Positions 37,270 to 51,700 of a stretch of 64,000 nt of DNA are shown piece by piece. Origin of the DNA: the human T2T-CHM13v2.0 reference genome, Homo sapiens; contig CP086569.2 of the NCBI GenBank assembly GCA_009914755.4, positions 20,992,001 through 21,056,000 on the forward strand, in the 5' to 3' direction. Every line of letters begins with the position of its first letter. Within the stretch, counting starts at the first letter, position 1. Under the pieces are notes generated by a model that was not told the DNA's origin, did not search any database, and saw nothing but the letters and a program-made list of their open reading frames with translations. The position numbers and the translations under genes are program-made.

Positions 37270-40200
37270 AGCTGCAGTCCTTGGTGGTGAGTATTAGAGC
37301 CCTTAAATGTGTAATGTCGAGAGTTTGTTCCATCTGATGTGTATAGTGTTTCTTCCTTCTTTCAGGTTCATGGTCTTGCTCACTTCAAGAATGAAGCTGC
37401 AGACCTTAGTGGTGAGTGTTACAACACTTAAAGGTGTTATGTCCAGAGTTTGTTCCTTGTTATGTGTCCAGAGTTTCTTCCTTCTGGCAGGTTCATGGTC
37501 TTGCTCACTTCAAGAATGAAGCTGCAGACCTTTACGGTGAGTGTTACAGCACTTAACGTTGTCATGTCCAGAGTTTGTTCCTTCAGATATGTCCAGAGTT
37601 TCTTCATTCTGGCAGGTTCATGGTCTTGTTCTCTTCAAGAATGAAGCTGCAGACCTTAGCGGTGAGCGTTACAACACTTAAAGGTTTTATGTCCAGAGTT
37701 TGTTCCATCAGATGTGTCTAGAGTTTCTTCCTTCTGGCAGGTTCATGGTCTTGCTCACTTCAAGGATGAAGCTGCAGACCTTAGTGGTGAGTGTTACAGC
37801 ACTTAAAGGTGTTATGTCCAGAGTTTCTTCCTTTTGATGTGTGCAGAGTTTCTTCCTTCTGGCAGGTTCATTTCTTGCTCACTTCAAAAATGATGCTGCA
37901 GACCTTTACGGTGAATGTTACAGTACTTAAAGGTGTTATATCCAGAGTTTGTTCCTTCTGATGTGTCCAGATTTTCCGTCTTCTTGCAGTTTCATGGTCT
38001 TGCTCACTTCAAGAATGAAGCTCCAGACCTTTACGGTGAGTTTTACAGCACTTAAAGGTGTTATGTCCAGAGTTTGTTCCTTCAGATGTGTCTAGAGTTT
38101 CTTCCTTCTGGCAGGTTCATGGTCTTGCTCACTTCAAGAATGATGCTGCAGACATTTACGGTGAAAGTTACAGTACTTAAAGTTGTTATATCCAGTGTTT
38201 GTTCCTTCAGATGTGTCCAGAGTTTCTTCCTTCTGGCAGGTTCATTGTCTTGCTCATTTCAAGAATGAAATTGCAGACCTTAGTGGTGAGAGTTACAGCA
38301 CTTAAAGGTGTTATGTCCAGAGTATGTTCCTTCAGATGTGTCCAAAGTTTCTTCAATCTGACAGGTTCATGGTCTTGCTCACTTCAAGAGTGAAGCTGCA
38401 GAATTTAGTGGTGAGTGTTACAGCACTAAAAGGTGTTATGTCCAGAGTTTGTTCCTTGTGATGTGTCCAGAGTTTCTTCCTTCTGGCAGGTTCGTGGTCT
38501 TGTTCACTTCAAGAATTAAGATGCAAACCTTTACGGTGAGTGTTACAGCACTTAATGTTGTCATGTCCAGAGTTTGTTCCTTCAGATGTGTCCAGGGTTT
38601 CTGTCTTCTGGCAGGTTCATGGTCTTGCTCACTTCAAGAATGAAGCTGCAGACCTTAGTGGTGAGTGTTACAGCACTTAAAGTTGTTATGTCCAGAGTTT
38701 GTTCCTTGTGATGTGTCCAGAGTTTCTTCCTTCTGGGAGGTTCGTGGTCTTCTTCTCTTCAGGAATGAAGCTGCAGACCTTAGCGGTGAGCGTTACAGCA
38801 CTTAAAGGTTTTATGTCCAGAGTTTGTTCCATCAGATGTGTCTAGAGTTTGTTCCTTCTGGCAGGTTCATGGTCTTGCTCACTTCAAGGATGAAGCTGCA
38901 GACCTTATTGGTGAGTGTTACAGCACTTAAAGGTGTTATGACCAGAGTTTGTTCCTTGTGATGTGTGTAGAGTTTCTTCCTTCTGGCAGGTTCATGGTCT
39001 TGCTCACTTCAAGAATGATGCTGCAGACATTTATGGTGAATGTTACAGTACTTAAAGGTGTTATATCCAGAGTTTGTTCCTTCAGATGTGTCCAGATTTT
39101 CTTTCTTCTTGCAGTGTCATGGTCTTGCTCACTTCAAGAATGAAGCTCCAGACCTTTACGGTGAGTTCTAAAGCACTTAAAGGTGTTATGTCCAGAGTTT
39201 GTTCCTTCGGTAGTGTCCAGAGTCTCTTCCTTCTGGCAGGTTCATGGTCTTGCTCACTTCAAGAATGAAACTGCAGACCTTTACGGAGGGTGTTACAGCA
39301 CTTAAAGGTATTACGTCCAGAGTTTTTTCCTTCAGATGTGTACAGAGTTTCTTCCTTCTGGCAGGTTCATGGTCTTGCTAGCTTCAAGAATGAACCTCCA
39401 GTCCTTTACGGTGAGTGTTACAGCAGTTAAAGGTGTTATGTCCAGAGTTTGTTCCTTTAGATGTGTCCAGAGTTTCTTCCTTCTGGCAGGTTCATGGTCT
39501 TGCTCACTTCAAGAATGAAACTGCAGACCCTGACGGTGAGAGTTACAGCACTTAAAGGTGTTATGTCCAGAGTTTGTTCTTTCAGACGTGTCCACAGTTT
39601 CTTCCTTCTGGCAGGTTCATGGTCTTGCTCAATTCAAGCATGAAGCTGCAGAACTTTTTGGTGAGTGTTACAGCACTTACAGGTGTTATGTCCCGAGTTT
39701 GTTCCATCAGATATGTCCAGAGTTTCTTCCTTTTGACAGGTTCATGGTCTTGCTCACTTCAAGAATGAAGCTGCAGACCTCAGTGGTGAGTGTTACAGCA
39801 CTTAAAGGTGTTATGTAAAGAGTTTGTTCCTTCAGATGTGTCCAAAGTTTCTTCAATCTGGCAGGTTCATGGTCTTGCTCACTTCAAGAGTGAAGCTGCA
39901 GAATTTAGTGGTGAGTGTTACAGCACTTAAAAGTGTTATGTCTAGAGTTTGTTACTTTAGATGTGTCCAGATATTCTTCCTTCTGTCAGGTTCATGGTCT
40001 TGCTCACTTCAAGAAAGAATGAAGCTGCAGACCTTTACGGTGAGTGTTACAGCATATAAAGGTGTTATGTCCAGAGTTTGGTCCTTCAGATATGTCCAGA
40101 ATTTCTTCCTTCGGGCTGGTTCATGGTCTTCCTCACTTCAAGAATGAAGCTGCAGACCTTGGTGGTGAGTGTTATAGCACTTAAATATGTTATGTCCAGA

Positions 40201-43200
40201 GTTTGTTCCATCAGATGTGTCTAGAGTTTCTTCCTTCTGGCAGGTTCATGGTCTTGCTCACTTCAAGGATGAAGCTGCAGACCTTAGTGGTGTGTGTTAC
40301 AGCACTTAAAGGTGTTATGTCCAGAGTTTCTTCCTTTTGATGTGTGCAGAGTTTCTTCCTTCTGGCAGGTTCATTTCTTGCTCACTTCAAAAATGATGCT
40401 GCAGACCTTTACGGTGAATGTTACAGTACTTAAAGGTCTTATATACAGAGTTTGTTCCTTCTGATGTGTCCAGGTTTTCTTTCTTCTTGCAGTTTCATGG
40501 TCTTGCTCACTTCAAGAATGAAGCTCCAGACCTTTACGGTGAGTTTTACAGCACTTAAAGCTGTTATGTCCAGAGTTTGTTCCTTCAGATGTGTCTAGAA
40601 TTTCTTCCTTCTGGAAGTTTCATGGTCTTGCTCACTTCAAGAATGATGCTGCAGACATTTACGGTGAAAGTTACAGTACTTAAAGTTGTTATATCCAGTG
40701 TTTTTTCCTTCACATGTGTCCAGAGTTTCTTCCTTCTGGCAGGTTCATTGACTTGCTCACTTCAAGAATGAAATTGCAGACCTTTACGGTGAGTGTTACA
40801 GCACTTAAAGGTATTATGTCCAGAGTTTTTTCCTTCAGATGTGTACAGAGTTTCTTCCTTCTGGCAGGTTCATGGTCTTGCTAGCTTCAAGAATGAACCT
40901 CCAGTCCTTTATGGTGAGTGTTACAGCACTTAAAGGTGTTATGTCCAGAGTTTGTTCTTTCAGACGTGTCCAGAGTTTCTTCCTTCTGGCAGGTTCATGG
41001 TCTTTCTCACTTCAAGTATGAAGCTGCAGACCTTGGTGGTGAGTGTTACAGCACTTACAGGTGTTATGTCCCGTGTTTGTTCCATCAGATGTGTCCAGAG
41101 TTTATTCCTTTTGGCAGGTTCATGGTCTTGCTCACTTCAAGGATGAATCTGCAGACCTTAGTGGTGAGAGTTACAGCACTTAAAGGTGTTATGTCCAGAG
41201 TATGTTCCTTCAGATGTGTCCAAAGTTTCTTCAATCTGGCAGGTTCATGGTCTTGCTCACTTCAAGAGTGAAGCTGCAGAATTTAGTGGTGAGTGTTACA
41301 GCACTAAAAGGTGTTATGTCCAGAGTTTCTTACTTCAGATGTGTCCAGATATTCTTCCTTCTGTCATGTTCATGGTCTTGCTCACTTCAAGAAAGAATGA
41401 AGCTGCAGACCTTTACGGTGAGTGTTACAGCATATAAAGGTGTTATGTCCAGAGTTTGGTCCTTCAGATGTGTCCAGAATTTTTTCCTTCGGGCTGGTTC
41501 ATGGTCTTGCTCACTTCAAGAATGAAGCTGCAGACTTTGGTGGTGAGTGTTACAGCACTTAAATGTGTTATGTCCAGAGTTTGTTCCATCTGATGTGTAT
41601 AGTGTTTCCTCCTTCTGGCAGGTTCATTGTCTTGCTCACTTCAAGAATGAAGCTGCAGACCTTAGTGTTGAGTGTTACAGCACTTAAAGGTGTTATGTCC
41701 AGAGTTTGTTCCTTGTGATGTGTGCAGAGTTTCTTCCATCTGGCAGGTTCATGGTCTTGCTCACTTCAAGAATGATGCTGCAGACCTTTACGGTGAATGT
41801 TACAGTACTTAAAGGTGTTATATCCAGAATTTGTTCCTTCAGATGTGTCCAGATTTTCTTTCTTCTTGCAGTTTCATGGTCTTGCTCACTTCAAGAATGA
41901 AGCTCCAGACCTTTACGGTGAGTTTTACAGCACTTAAAGGTGTTATATCCAGAGTTTGTTCCTTCAGTTGTGTCCAGAGTTTCTTCCTTCTGGCAGGTTC
42001 ATGGTCTTGCTCACTTCAAGAATGAAACTGCAGACCTTTACGGTGAGTGTTACAGCACTTAAAGGTATTATGTCCAGAGTTTTTTCCTTCAGATGTGTAC
42101 AGAGTTTCTTCCTTCTGGCAGGTTCATGGTCTTGCTAGCTTCAGGAATGAACCTCCAGTCCTTTACGGTCAGTGTTACAGCACTTAAAGGTGTTATGTCC
42201 AGAGTTTTTTCCTTCAGATGTGTCCAGTGTTTCTTCCTTCTGGCAGTTTCATGGTCTTGCTCACTTCAAGAATGAAACTGCAGACCCTTACGGTGAGTGT
42301 TACAGCACTTAAAGGTGTTATGTCCAGAGTTTGATGTTTCAGATGTGTCCACAGTTTCTTCCTTCTGGCAGGTTCATGGTCTTGCTCACTTCAAGAATGA
42401 AGCTGCAGACCTTGGTGATGAGTTTTACAGCACTTAATGGTGTTATGTAATGAGTTTTTTCCTTCGGATGTGTCCAAAGTTTCTTCAATCTGGCAGGTTC
42501 AAGGTCTTGCTCACTTCAAGAGTGAAGGTGCAGAATTTAGTGGTGAGTGTTACAGCACTAAAAGGTGTTATGTCCGGAGATTGTTTCTTCAGATGTGTCC
42601 AGATATTCTTCCTTTTGGCAGGTTCATGGTCTTGCTCACTTCAAGAAAGAATGAAGCTGCAGACCTTTACGGTGAGTATTGCAGCACTTAAAGGTGTTAG
42701 GTAAAGAGTTTGTTCCTTCCGATGTGTCCAAAGTTTCTTCAATCTGGCAGTTTCATGGTCTTGCTCACTTCAAGAATGAAGCTGCAGACCTTTACAGTGA
42801 GTGTTACAGCACTTAATGTTGTCATGTCCAGAGTTTGTTCCTTCAGATGTGTCCAGAGTTTCTTCATTCTGGCAGGTTCATGGTCTTGTTCTCTTCAAGA
42901 ATTTAGCTGCAGTCCTTAGTGGTGAGCGTTACAGCACTTAAAGGTTTTATGTCCAGAGTTTGTTCCATCAGATGTGTCTAGAGTTTCTTCCTTCTGGCAG
43001 GTTCATGGTCTTGCTCACTTCAAGAATGAAACTGCAGACCTTTACTGTGAGTGTTACAGCACTTAAAGGTATTTTGTCCAGAGTTTTTTCCTTCAGATGT
43101 GTACAGAGTTTCTTCCTTCTGGCAGGTTCATGGTCTTGCTCACTTCAAGAATGAAACTGTGGACCCTTTCGGTGAGTGTTACAGCACTTAAAGTTGTTAT

Positions 43201-46200
43201 GTCCAGAGTTTGTTCCTTTAGATGTGTCCAGAGTTTCTTCCTTCTGGCAGGTTCATGGTCTTGCTCACTTCAAGAGTGAAGCTGCAGAATTTAGTGGTGC
43301 GTGTTACAGCACTAAAAGGTGTTATGTCCAGAGTTTTTTACTTCAGATGTGTCCAGATATTCTTCCTTCTGGCAGGTTCATGGTCTTGCTCACTTCAAGA
43401 AAGAATGAAGCTGCAGACCTTTACGGTGAGTGTTACAGCATATAAAGGTGTTATGTCCAGAGTTTGGTCCTTCAGATGTGTCCAGAATTTCTTCCTTCGG
43501 GCTGGTTCATGGTCTTGCTCACTTCAAGAATGAAGCTGCAGACCTTGGTGGTGAGTGTTATACCACTTAAATGTGTTATGTCCAGAGTTTGTTCCATCTG
43601 ATGAGTATAGTGTTTCTTCCTTCTGGCAGGTTCATGGTCTTGCTCACTTCAAGAATGAAGCTGCAGACCTTAGTGGTGAGTGTTACAGCACTTAAAGGTG
43701 TTATGTCCAGAGTTTGTTCCTTGTGATGTGTCCAGAGTTTCTGCCTTCTGGCAGGTTCATGGTCTTGTTCACTTCAAGAATGAAGATGCAAACCTTTACG
43801 GTGAGTGTTACAGCACTTAATGTTGTCATGTCCAGAGTTTGTTCCTTCAGATGTGTCCAGAGTTTCTTCATTCTGTCAGGTTCATGGTCTTGTTCTCTTC
43901 AAGAATGAAGCTGCAGACCTTAATGGTGAGCGTTTCAGTACTTAAAGGTTTTATGTCCAGAGTTTGTTCCATCAGATTTGTCTAGAGTTTCTTCCTTCTG
44001 GCAGGTTCACGGTCTTGCTCACTTCAAGAATGAAACTGCAGACCTTAGTGGTGAGTGTTACAGTACTTAAAGGTGTTATGTCCAGAGTTTGTTCCTTCTG
44101 ATGTGCGCAGAGTTTCTCCCTTTTGGCAAGTTCGTGGTCTTGCTCACCTCAAGAATGAAGCTGCAGGCCTTGGTGGTGAGTGTTACAGCACTTACAGGTG
44201 TAATGTCCCGAGTTTGTTCCATCAGATGTGTCCAGAGTTTCTTCCTTTTGGCAGGTTCATCGTCTTGCTCACTTCAAGAATGAAGCTGCAGACCTTAGTG
44301 GTGAGTGTTACAGCACTTAAAGATGTTATGTCCAGGGTTTGTTCCTTGTGATGTGTCCAGAGTTTCTTCCTTCTGGCAGGTTCATGGTTTTGCTCACTTC
44401 AAGAATGAAGCTGCAGTCCTTTATGGTGAGTGTTACAGCACTTAATGTTGTCAGGTCCAGAGTTTGTTCCTTCATATGTGTCCAGAGTTTCTTCCTTCTG
44501 GCAGGTTCATGGTATTGCTAGCTTCAAGAATGAACCTCCAGTCCTTTACGGTGAGTGTTACAGCATTTAAAGGTGTTATGTCCAGAGTTTGTTCTTTCAG
44601 ATTTGTCCACAGTTTCTTCCTTCTGGCAGGTTCATGGTCTTGCTCTCTTCAAGAATGAAGCTGCAGACCTTGGTGATGAGTGTTGCAGCACTTACAGGCG
44701 TTATGTCGCGAGTTTGTTCCATCAGATGTGTCCAGAGTTTCTTCCTTTTGGCAGGTTCATGGTCTTGCTCACTTCAAGAATGAAGCTGCAGACCTCAGTG
44801 GTGAGTGTTACAGCACTTAATGGTGTTATGTAAAGAGTTTGTTCCTTCAGGTGTGTCCAAAGTTTCTTCAGTCTGGCAGGTTCATGGTCTTCCTCACTTC
44901 AAGAGTGAAGCTGCAGAATTTAGTGGTGAGTGTTAACAGCACTAAAAGTTGTTATGTCCAGAGTTTGTTACTTCAGATATGTCCAGATATTCTTCCTTCT
45001 GGCAGGTTCATGGTCTTGCTCACTTCAAGAAAGAATGAAGCTGCAGACCTTTACGGTGAGTGTTACAGCATATAAAGGTGTTAAGTCCAGAGTTTGGTCC
45101 TTCAGATGTGTCCAGAATTTCTTCCTTCGGGCCGGTTCATGGTCTTGCTCACTTCAAGAATGAAGCTGCAGACCTTGGTGGTGAGTGTTACAGCACTTTA
45201 ATGTGTTATGTCCAGAGTTTGTTCCATCAAATGTGTATAGAGTTTCTTCCTTCTGGCAGGTTCATGGTCTTCCTCACTTCAAGAATGAAGCTGCAGACCT
45301 TAGTGGTGAGTGTTACAGCACTTAAAGGTGTTATGTCCAGTGTTTGTTCCTTGTGATGTGTCCAGAGTTTCTTCCTTCTGGCAGGTTCATGGTCTTGCTC
45401 ACTTCAGGAATTAAGCTGCAGACCTTTACGGTGAGTGTTACAGCACTTAATTTTGTCATGTCCAGAGTTTGTTCCTTCAGATGTGTCCAGAGTTTCTTCA
45501 TTCTGGCAGGTTCATGGTCTTGTTCTCTTCAAGAATGAAGCTGCAGACCTTAGTGGTGAGTGTTACAGCACTTAAAGGTTTTATGTAAAGAGTTTGTTCC
45601 TACAGATGTGTCCAAAGTTTCTTCAATCTTTCAGTTTCATGGTCTTACTCACTTCAAGAGTGAAGCTGCAGAATTTAGTGGTGAGTGTTACAGCACTTAA
45701 AGGTGTTATGTCTAGAGATTGTTACTTCAGATGTGTCCAGATATTCTTCCTTCTGGCAGGTTCATGGTCTTGCTCACTTCAAGAAAGAATGAAGCTGCAG
45801 ACCTTTACGGTGAGTGTTACAGCATATAACGGTGTTAAGTCCAGAGTTTGGTCCTTCAGATGTGTCCAGAATTTTTTCCTACGGGCTGGTTCAAGGTCTT
45901 GCTCACTTCAAGAATGAAGCTGCAGACCTTGGTGGTGAGTGTTACAGCACTTAAATGTGTTATGTCCAGAGTTTGTTCCATCTGATGTGTATAGAGTTTC
46001 TTCCTTCTGGCAGGTTCATGGTCTTGCTCACTTCAAGAATGAAGCTGCAGACCTTAGTGGTGAGTGTTACAGCACTTAAAGATGTTATGTCCAGAGTTTG
46101 TTCCTTGTGATGTGTCCAGAGTTTCTTCCTTCTGGCAGCTTCATGGTCTTGCTCACTTCAAGAATGAAGCTGCAGTCCTTTACGGTGAGTGTTACAGCAC

Positions 46201-49200
46201 TTAATGTTGTCATGTCCAGAGTTTGTTCCTTCAGATGTGTCCAGAGTTTCTTCCTTCTGGCAGGTTCATGGTCTTGCTAGCTTCAAGAATGAACCTCCAG
46301 TCCTTTACGGTGAGTGTTGCAGCACTTAAAGGTGTTATGTCCAGAGTTTGTTCCTTCAGATGTGTCCAGATATTCTTCCTTCTGGCATGTTCCTGGTCTT
46401 GCTCACTTCAAGAAAGAATGAAGCTGCAGACCTTTACGGTGAGTGTTACAGCATATAAAGGTGTTATATCCAGAGTTTGGTTCTTCAGATGTGTCCAGAA
46501 TTTCTTCTTTCGGGCAGGTTCATGGTCTTGCTCACTTGAAGAATGAAGCTGCAGACCTTGGTGTTGAGTGTTACAGCACTTAAAGGTGTTATGTGCAGAG
46601 TTTGTTCCATCAGATGTGTATAGAGTTTCTTCCTTCTGGCAGGTTCATGGTCTTGCTCACTTCAACAATGAAGCTCCAGACCGTTACGTTGAGTGTTACA
46701 GCACTTAAAGGTGTTATGTCCAGAGTTTGTTCCTTCAGATGTGTCCAGAGTTTCTTCCTTCTGGCAAGTTCATTGTCTTGCTCACTTCAAGAATGAAGCT
46801 GCAGATCTTGGTGGTGAGTGTTACAGCACTTACAGGTGTTATGTCCCGAGTTTGTTCCATCAGATGTGTCTAGAGTTTCTTCCTTTTGGCAGGTTCATGG
46901 TCTTGCTCACTTCAAGAATGAAGCTGCAGACCTTGGTGGTGAGTGTTACAGCACTTAATTGTGTTATGTCCAGACTTTGTTCCATCTATTGTGTATAGAG
47001 TTTCTTCCTTCTGGCAGTTTCATGGCATTGCTCACTTCAAGAATGAAGCTGCAGACCTTAGTGGTGAGTGTTACAGCACATAAAGGTGTTATGTCCAGAG
47101 TTTGTTCCATCACATGTGTATAGAGTTTCTTCCTTCTGGCAGGTTGATGGACTTGCTCAATACAAGAATGAAGCTGCAGACCTTTACGGTGAGTGTTACA
47201 GCACTTAAAGGTGTTATATCCAGAGTTTGTTCCTTCAGATGTGTCCAGAGTTTCCTTCTTCTCTCAGGTTCATGGCCTTGCTCAATTCAAGAGTGAATCT
47301 CCGGACGTTTACGGCGAGTTTTACATCAATTAAAAGTGTTATGTCCAGAGTTTGTTCCTTCAGTTTTGTGCAGAGTTTCTTCCTTCTGGCAGGTTCATGG
47401 TCTTGCTCACTTCAAGAATGAACCTGCAGACCTTGGTGGTGAGTGTTACAGCACTTAAAGGTGTTATGTCCAGAGTTTGTTCCATCAGATGTGTATAGAC
47501 TTTCTTCCTTCAGGCAGGTTCATGGTCTTGCTCACTTCAAGAATGAAGCTACAGACATTTACGGTGAGTGTTACAGCACTTAAAGTTGTTATATCCAGAG
47601 TTTGTCCCTTCAGATGTGTCCAGATTTTTTTCCTTCTGGCATGTTCATGGTCTTGCTCACTTCAAGAAATAATGAAGATGCAGAACTTTACGGTGAGTGT
47701 TACAGCATATAAAGTGTTGTGTCCAGAGTTTGTTCCTTCAGATGTGTCCAGAGTTTCTTCCTTCTGGCAGGTTCATGGTCTTGCTCACTTCAAGAATGAG
47801 GCTGCAGACCTAGGTGGTGAGTGTTACAGCACTTAAAGGTGTTATGTCCAGAGTTTTTTCCTTCAGACGTGTCCAGATTTTCTTTCTTCTAGCAGGTTCA
47901 TGGTCTTGCTCACTTCAAGAATGAAGCTCCAGTCCTTTACGGTGAGTGTTACAGTACTTAAAGGTGTTATGTACAGAGTTTGTTCCTTCAGATGTGTCCA
48001 GTGTTTCTTCCTTCTGGCAGGTTCATGGTCTTGCTCACTTCAAGAATGAAACTGCAGACCATTACGGTGAGTGTTACAGCACTTAAAGGTGTTATGTCCA
48101 GAGTTTTTTCCTTCAGATGTGTCCAGTTTCTTCCTTCTGGCAGGTTCATGGTGTTACTCACTTCAACAAGGAAACTGTAGACCTTTACGGTGAGTGTTCC
48201 AGAACTGAAATATGTTATGTCCAGAGTTTCTTCCTTCAGATATTTGCAGAGTTTCTTCCATCTGGCAGGTTCATGGTCTTGCTCACTTGAAGAATGAAGC
48301 TGCAGACCTTAGTGGTGAGGGTTACAGCATATAAAGGTGTTATGTCCAGAATTTGGTCCTTCAGATGTGTCCAGAAGTTCTTCCTTCGGGCATGGTCATG
48401 GTCTTACTCACTTCAAGAATGAAGCTGCAGACCTTGGTGGTGAGTGTTACAGAACTTAATTGTGTTATGTCCAGACTTTGTTCCATCTGTTGTGTATAGA
48501 GTTTCTTCCTTCTGGCAGTTTCATGGCCTTGCTCTCTTCAAGAATGAAGCTGCAGACCTTAGTGGTGAGTGTTACAGCACATAAGCGTGTTAAGTCCAGA
48601 GTTTGTTCCTTGTGATGTGTCCAGAGTTTCTTCCTTCTGGCAGGTTCATGGTCTTCCTCACTTCAAGAATGAAGCTGCAGACCCTTACGGTTAGTGTTAC
48701 AGCACTTAATGTTGACATGTCCAGGTTTTATTCCTTCAGATGTGTCCAGAATTTCTTCATTCTGTCAGGTTCATGGTCTTGTTCTCTTCAAGAATGAATC
48801 TGCAGACCTTAGTAGTGAGCGTTACAGCACTTAAAGGTTTTATGTCCAGAGTTTGTTCCATAAGATGTGTCTAGAGTTTCTTCCTTCTGGCAGGTGAATG
48901 GTCTTGCTCACTTCAAGAATGAAGCTGCAGACCTTATTGGTGAATGTTACAGCACTTAAAGTTGTTATGTACAGAGTTTGTTCCTTGTGATGTGTGCAGA
49001 GTTTCTTCCTTCTGGCAGGTTCATGGTCTTGCTCACCTCAAGTATGATGCTGCAGACCTTTACGGTGAGTGTTACAGCACTTAAAGGTGTTATATCCAGA
49101 GTTTCTTCCTTCAGATGTGTCCAGAGTTTCTTTCTCCTGGCAGGATCATTGTCTTGCTCACTTCAAGAATGAAGCTCCAGACCTTTACGGTGAGTTTTAC

Positions 49201-50103
49201 AGCACTTAAAGGTGTTATGTCCAGAGTTTGTTCCTTCAGTTGTGTCCAGAGTTTCTTCCTTCTAGCAGGTTCATGGTCTTGCTCACTTCAAGAATGAAGC
49301 TGCAGACCTTGGTCGTGAGTGTTACAGCACTTACAGGTGTTATGTCCCGAGTTTGTTCCATCAGATGTGTCCAGAGTTTCTTCCTTTTGGCAGGTACATG
49401 GTCTTGCTCATTTCAAGAATGAAGCTGCAGACCTTAGTGCTGAGTGTTACAGCACTTAATGGTGTTATCTAAAGAGTTTGTTCCTTCAGATGTGTCCAAA
49501 TTTCTTCAATCTGGCAGGTTCATGGTTTGCTCACTTCAAGAATGATGTTGCAGAGCTTTACGGTGAGTGTTACAGCACTTAAAGGTGTTATATCCAGAGT
49601 TTCTTCCTTCAGATGTGTCCAGAGTTTCTTTCTTCTGGCAGGTTCATGGTCTTGCTCACTTCAAGAATGAATGAAGCTGCAGACATTTACGTTGAGTGTT
49701 ACAACATATAAAGGTGTGATGTCCAGAGTTTGGTCCTTGAGATGTGTCCAGAGTTTCTTCCTTCGTGCAGGTTCATGGTCTTGCTCACTTCAAGAATGAA
49801 GCTGCAGAAATTATTGGTGAGGGTTACAGCACTTAAAGTTGTTATGTCCAGAGTTTTTTCCTTCAGATGTGTCCAGAGTTTCTTCCTTCTGGCAGGTTCA
49901 TGGTCTTGCTCAATTCAGGAATGAAGCTGCAGACCTTAGTGGTGAGTGTTACAGCACTTAAAGTGTTATGTACAGAGTTTGTTCCTTCAGATATGTCCAG
50001 AGTTTCTTCCTTCTGGCAGGTTCATCGTCTTGCTCACTTCAAGAATGAAGCTGCAGACCTTAGTGCTGAGTGTTACAGCACTTAAACGTGTTATGTAAAG
50101 AGT

Positions 50104-51700
50104 TTGTTCCTTCAGATGTGTCCAAAGTTTCTTCAATCTGGCAGGTTCATGGTCTTGCTCACTTCAAGAATGAAGCTGCAGACCTTAGTGGTGAGTGTTA
50201 CAGCACTTAAAAGTGTTATGTCCAGAGTTTGTTCCTTCATATGTGGCCAGAGTTTCTTCCTTCTGGCAGGTTCATGGTCTTGCTCACTTCAAGAATGAAG
50301 CTGCAGACCTTTACGGTGAGTGTTACAGCATTTAAACATGTTACGTCCAGAGTTTGTTCCTTTAGATGTGTCCAGAGTTTCTTACTTCTGGCAGGTTCAT
50401 GGTCTTGCTCACTTCAAGAATGAAGCTGCAGACCTTAGTGGTGAGGGTTACAACACTTCAAGCTGTTATGTCCAGAGTTTTTTCCTTTAGATGTGTCCAG
50501 AGTTTCTTCCTTCTGGCAGGTTCATGGTCTTGCTCAATTCAAGAATGAAGCTGCAGACCTTAGTGGTGAGTGTTACAGTACTTAATGGTGTTATGTCCAG
50601 AGTTTGTTCCTGCAGATGTGTCCAGAGTTTCTTCCATCTGGCAGGTTCATGGTCTTGCTCACTTCAAGAATGAAGCTGCAGACCTTAGTGGTGAGTGTTA
50701 CAGCAGTTAAAGGTGTTATGTCCAGAGTTTTTTCCTTCAGATGTGTCCAGAGTTTCTTCCATCTGGCAGGTTCATTGTCTTGCTCACTTCAAGAGTGAAG
50801 CTGAATAATTTAGTGGTGATTGTTACACCACTTAAAGGTGTTATGTCCAGAGTTTGTTCCTGCAGATGTGTCCAGAGTTTCTTCCATCTGGCAGGTTCAT
50901 GGTCTTGCTCACTTCAAGAATGAAGCTGCAGACCTTAGTGGTGAGTGTTACAGCAGTTAAAGGTGTTATGTCCAGAGTTTTTTCCTTCAGATGTGTCCAG
51001 AGTTTCTTCCATCTGGCAGGTTCATTGTCTTGCTCACTTCAAGAGTGAAGCTGAATAATTTAGTGGTGATTGTTACACCACTTAAAGGTGTTATGTCCAG
51101 AGTTTGTTCCTTCAGATGTGTCCAGATATTCTTCCTTCTAGCATGTTCATGGTCTTGCTCACTTCAAGAAAGAATGAAGCTGCAGACCTTTACGGTGAGT
51201 GTTGCAGCATATAAAGGTGTTATTTCCAGATTTTTGTCCTTCAGATGTGTCCAGAATTTCTTCTTTCGGGCAGGTTCATGGTCTTGCTCACTTCAAGAAT
51301 GAAGCTGCAGACCTTGGTGGTGAGTGTTACAGAACTTAAAGGTGTTATGTCCAGAGTTTCTTCCATTAGATATGTATAGAGTTTCTTCCTTCTGGCAGGT
51401 TCACGGTCTTGCTCACTTCAAGAATGAAGCTGCAGACCTTTACGGTGAGTGTCACAGCACTTAAAGGTGTTATGTCCAGAGTTTATTCATTCAGATGTGT
51501 CCAGAATTTCTTCCTTCTGGCAGATTCATGGTCTTGCTCACTTCAAGAATGAAGCTGCAGACCGTTAGGGTGAGTGTTACAGCACTTAAAAGTGTTATGT
51601 CCAGAGTTTCTTCCTTCGGATGTGGCCACAGTTTCTTCTTCTGGCAGGTTCATGGTCTTCCTCACTTCAAGAATGAAGCTGTAGACCCTTACGGTGAGTG
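50104..51700. repeat. Block with a distant copy at about 62267-63750 (offset about 12.0-12.2 kb)
   Basis: ORFs at 50104, 50229 and 50366 match positions 62267, 62392 and 62529 (offset 12163). ORF 50991 matches 63029 and ORF 51495 matches 63521 (offset about 12030, one monomer less). Confidence 0.7.
50580..51080. repeat. Exact 250 bp (2-monomer) tandem duplication
   Basis: The ORF at 50604-50798 is 100% identical to 50854-51048 over 64 aa. ORFs at 50741 and 50991 are identical for their first 40 aa or so. Confidence 0.9.
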
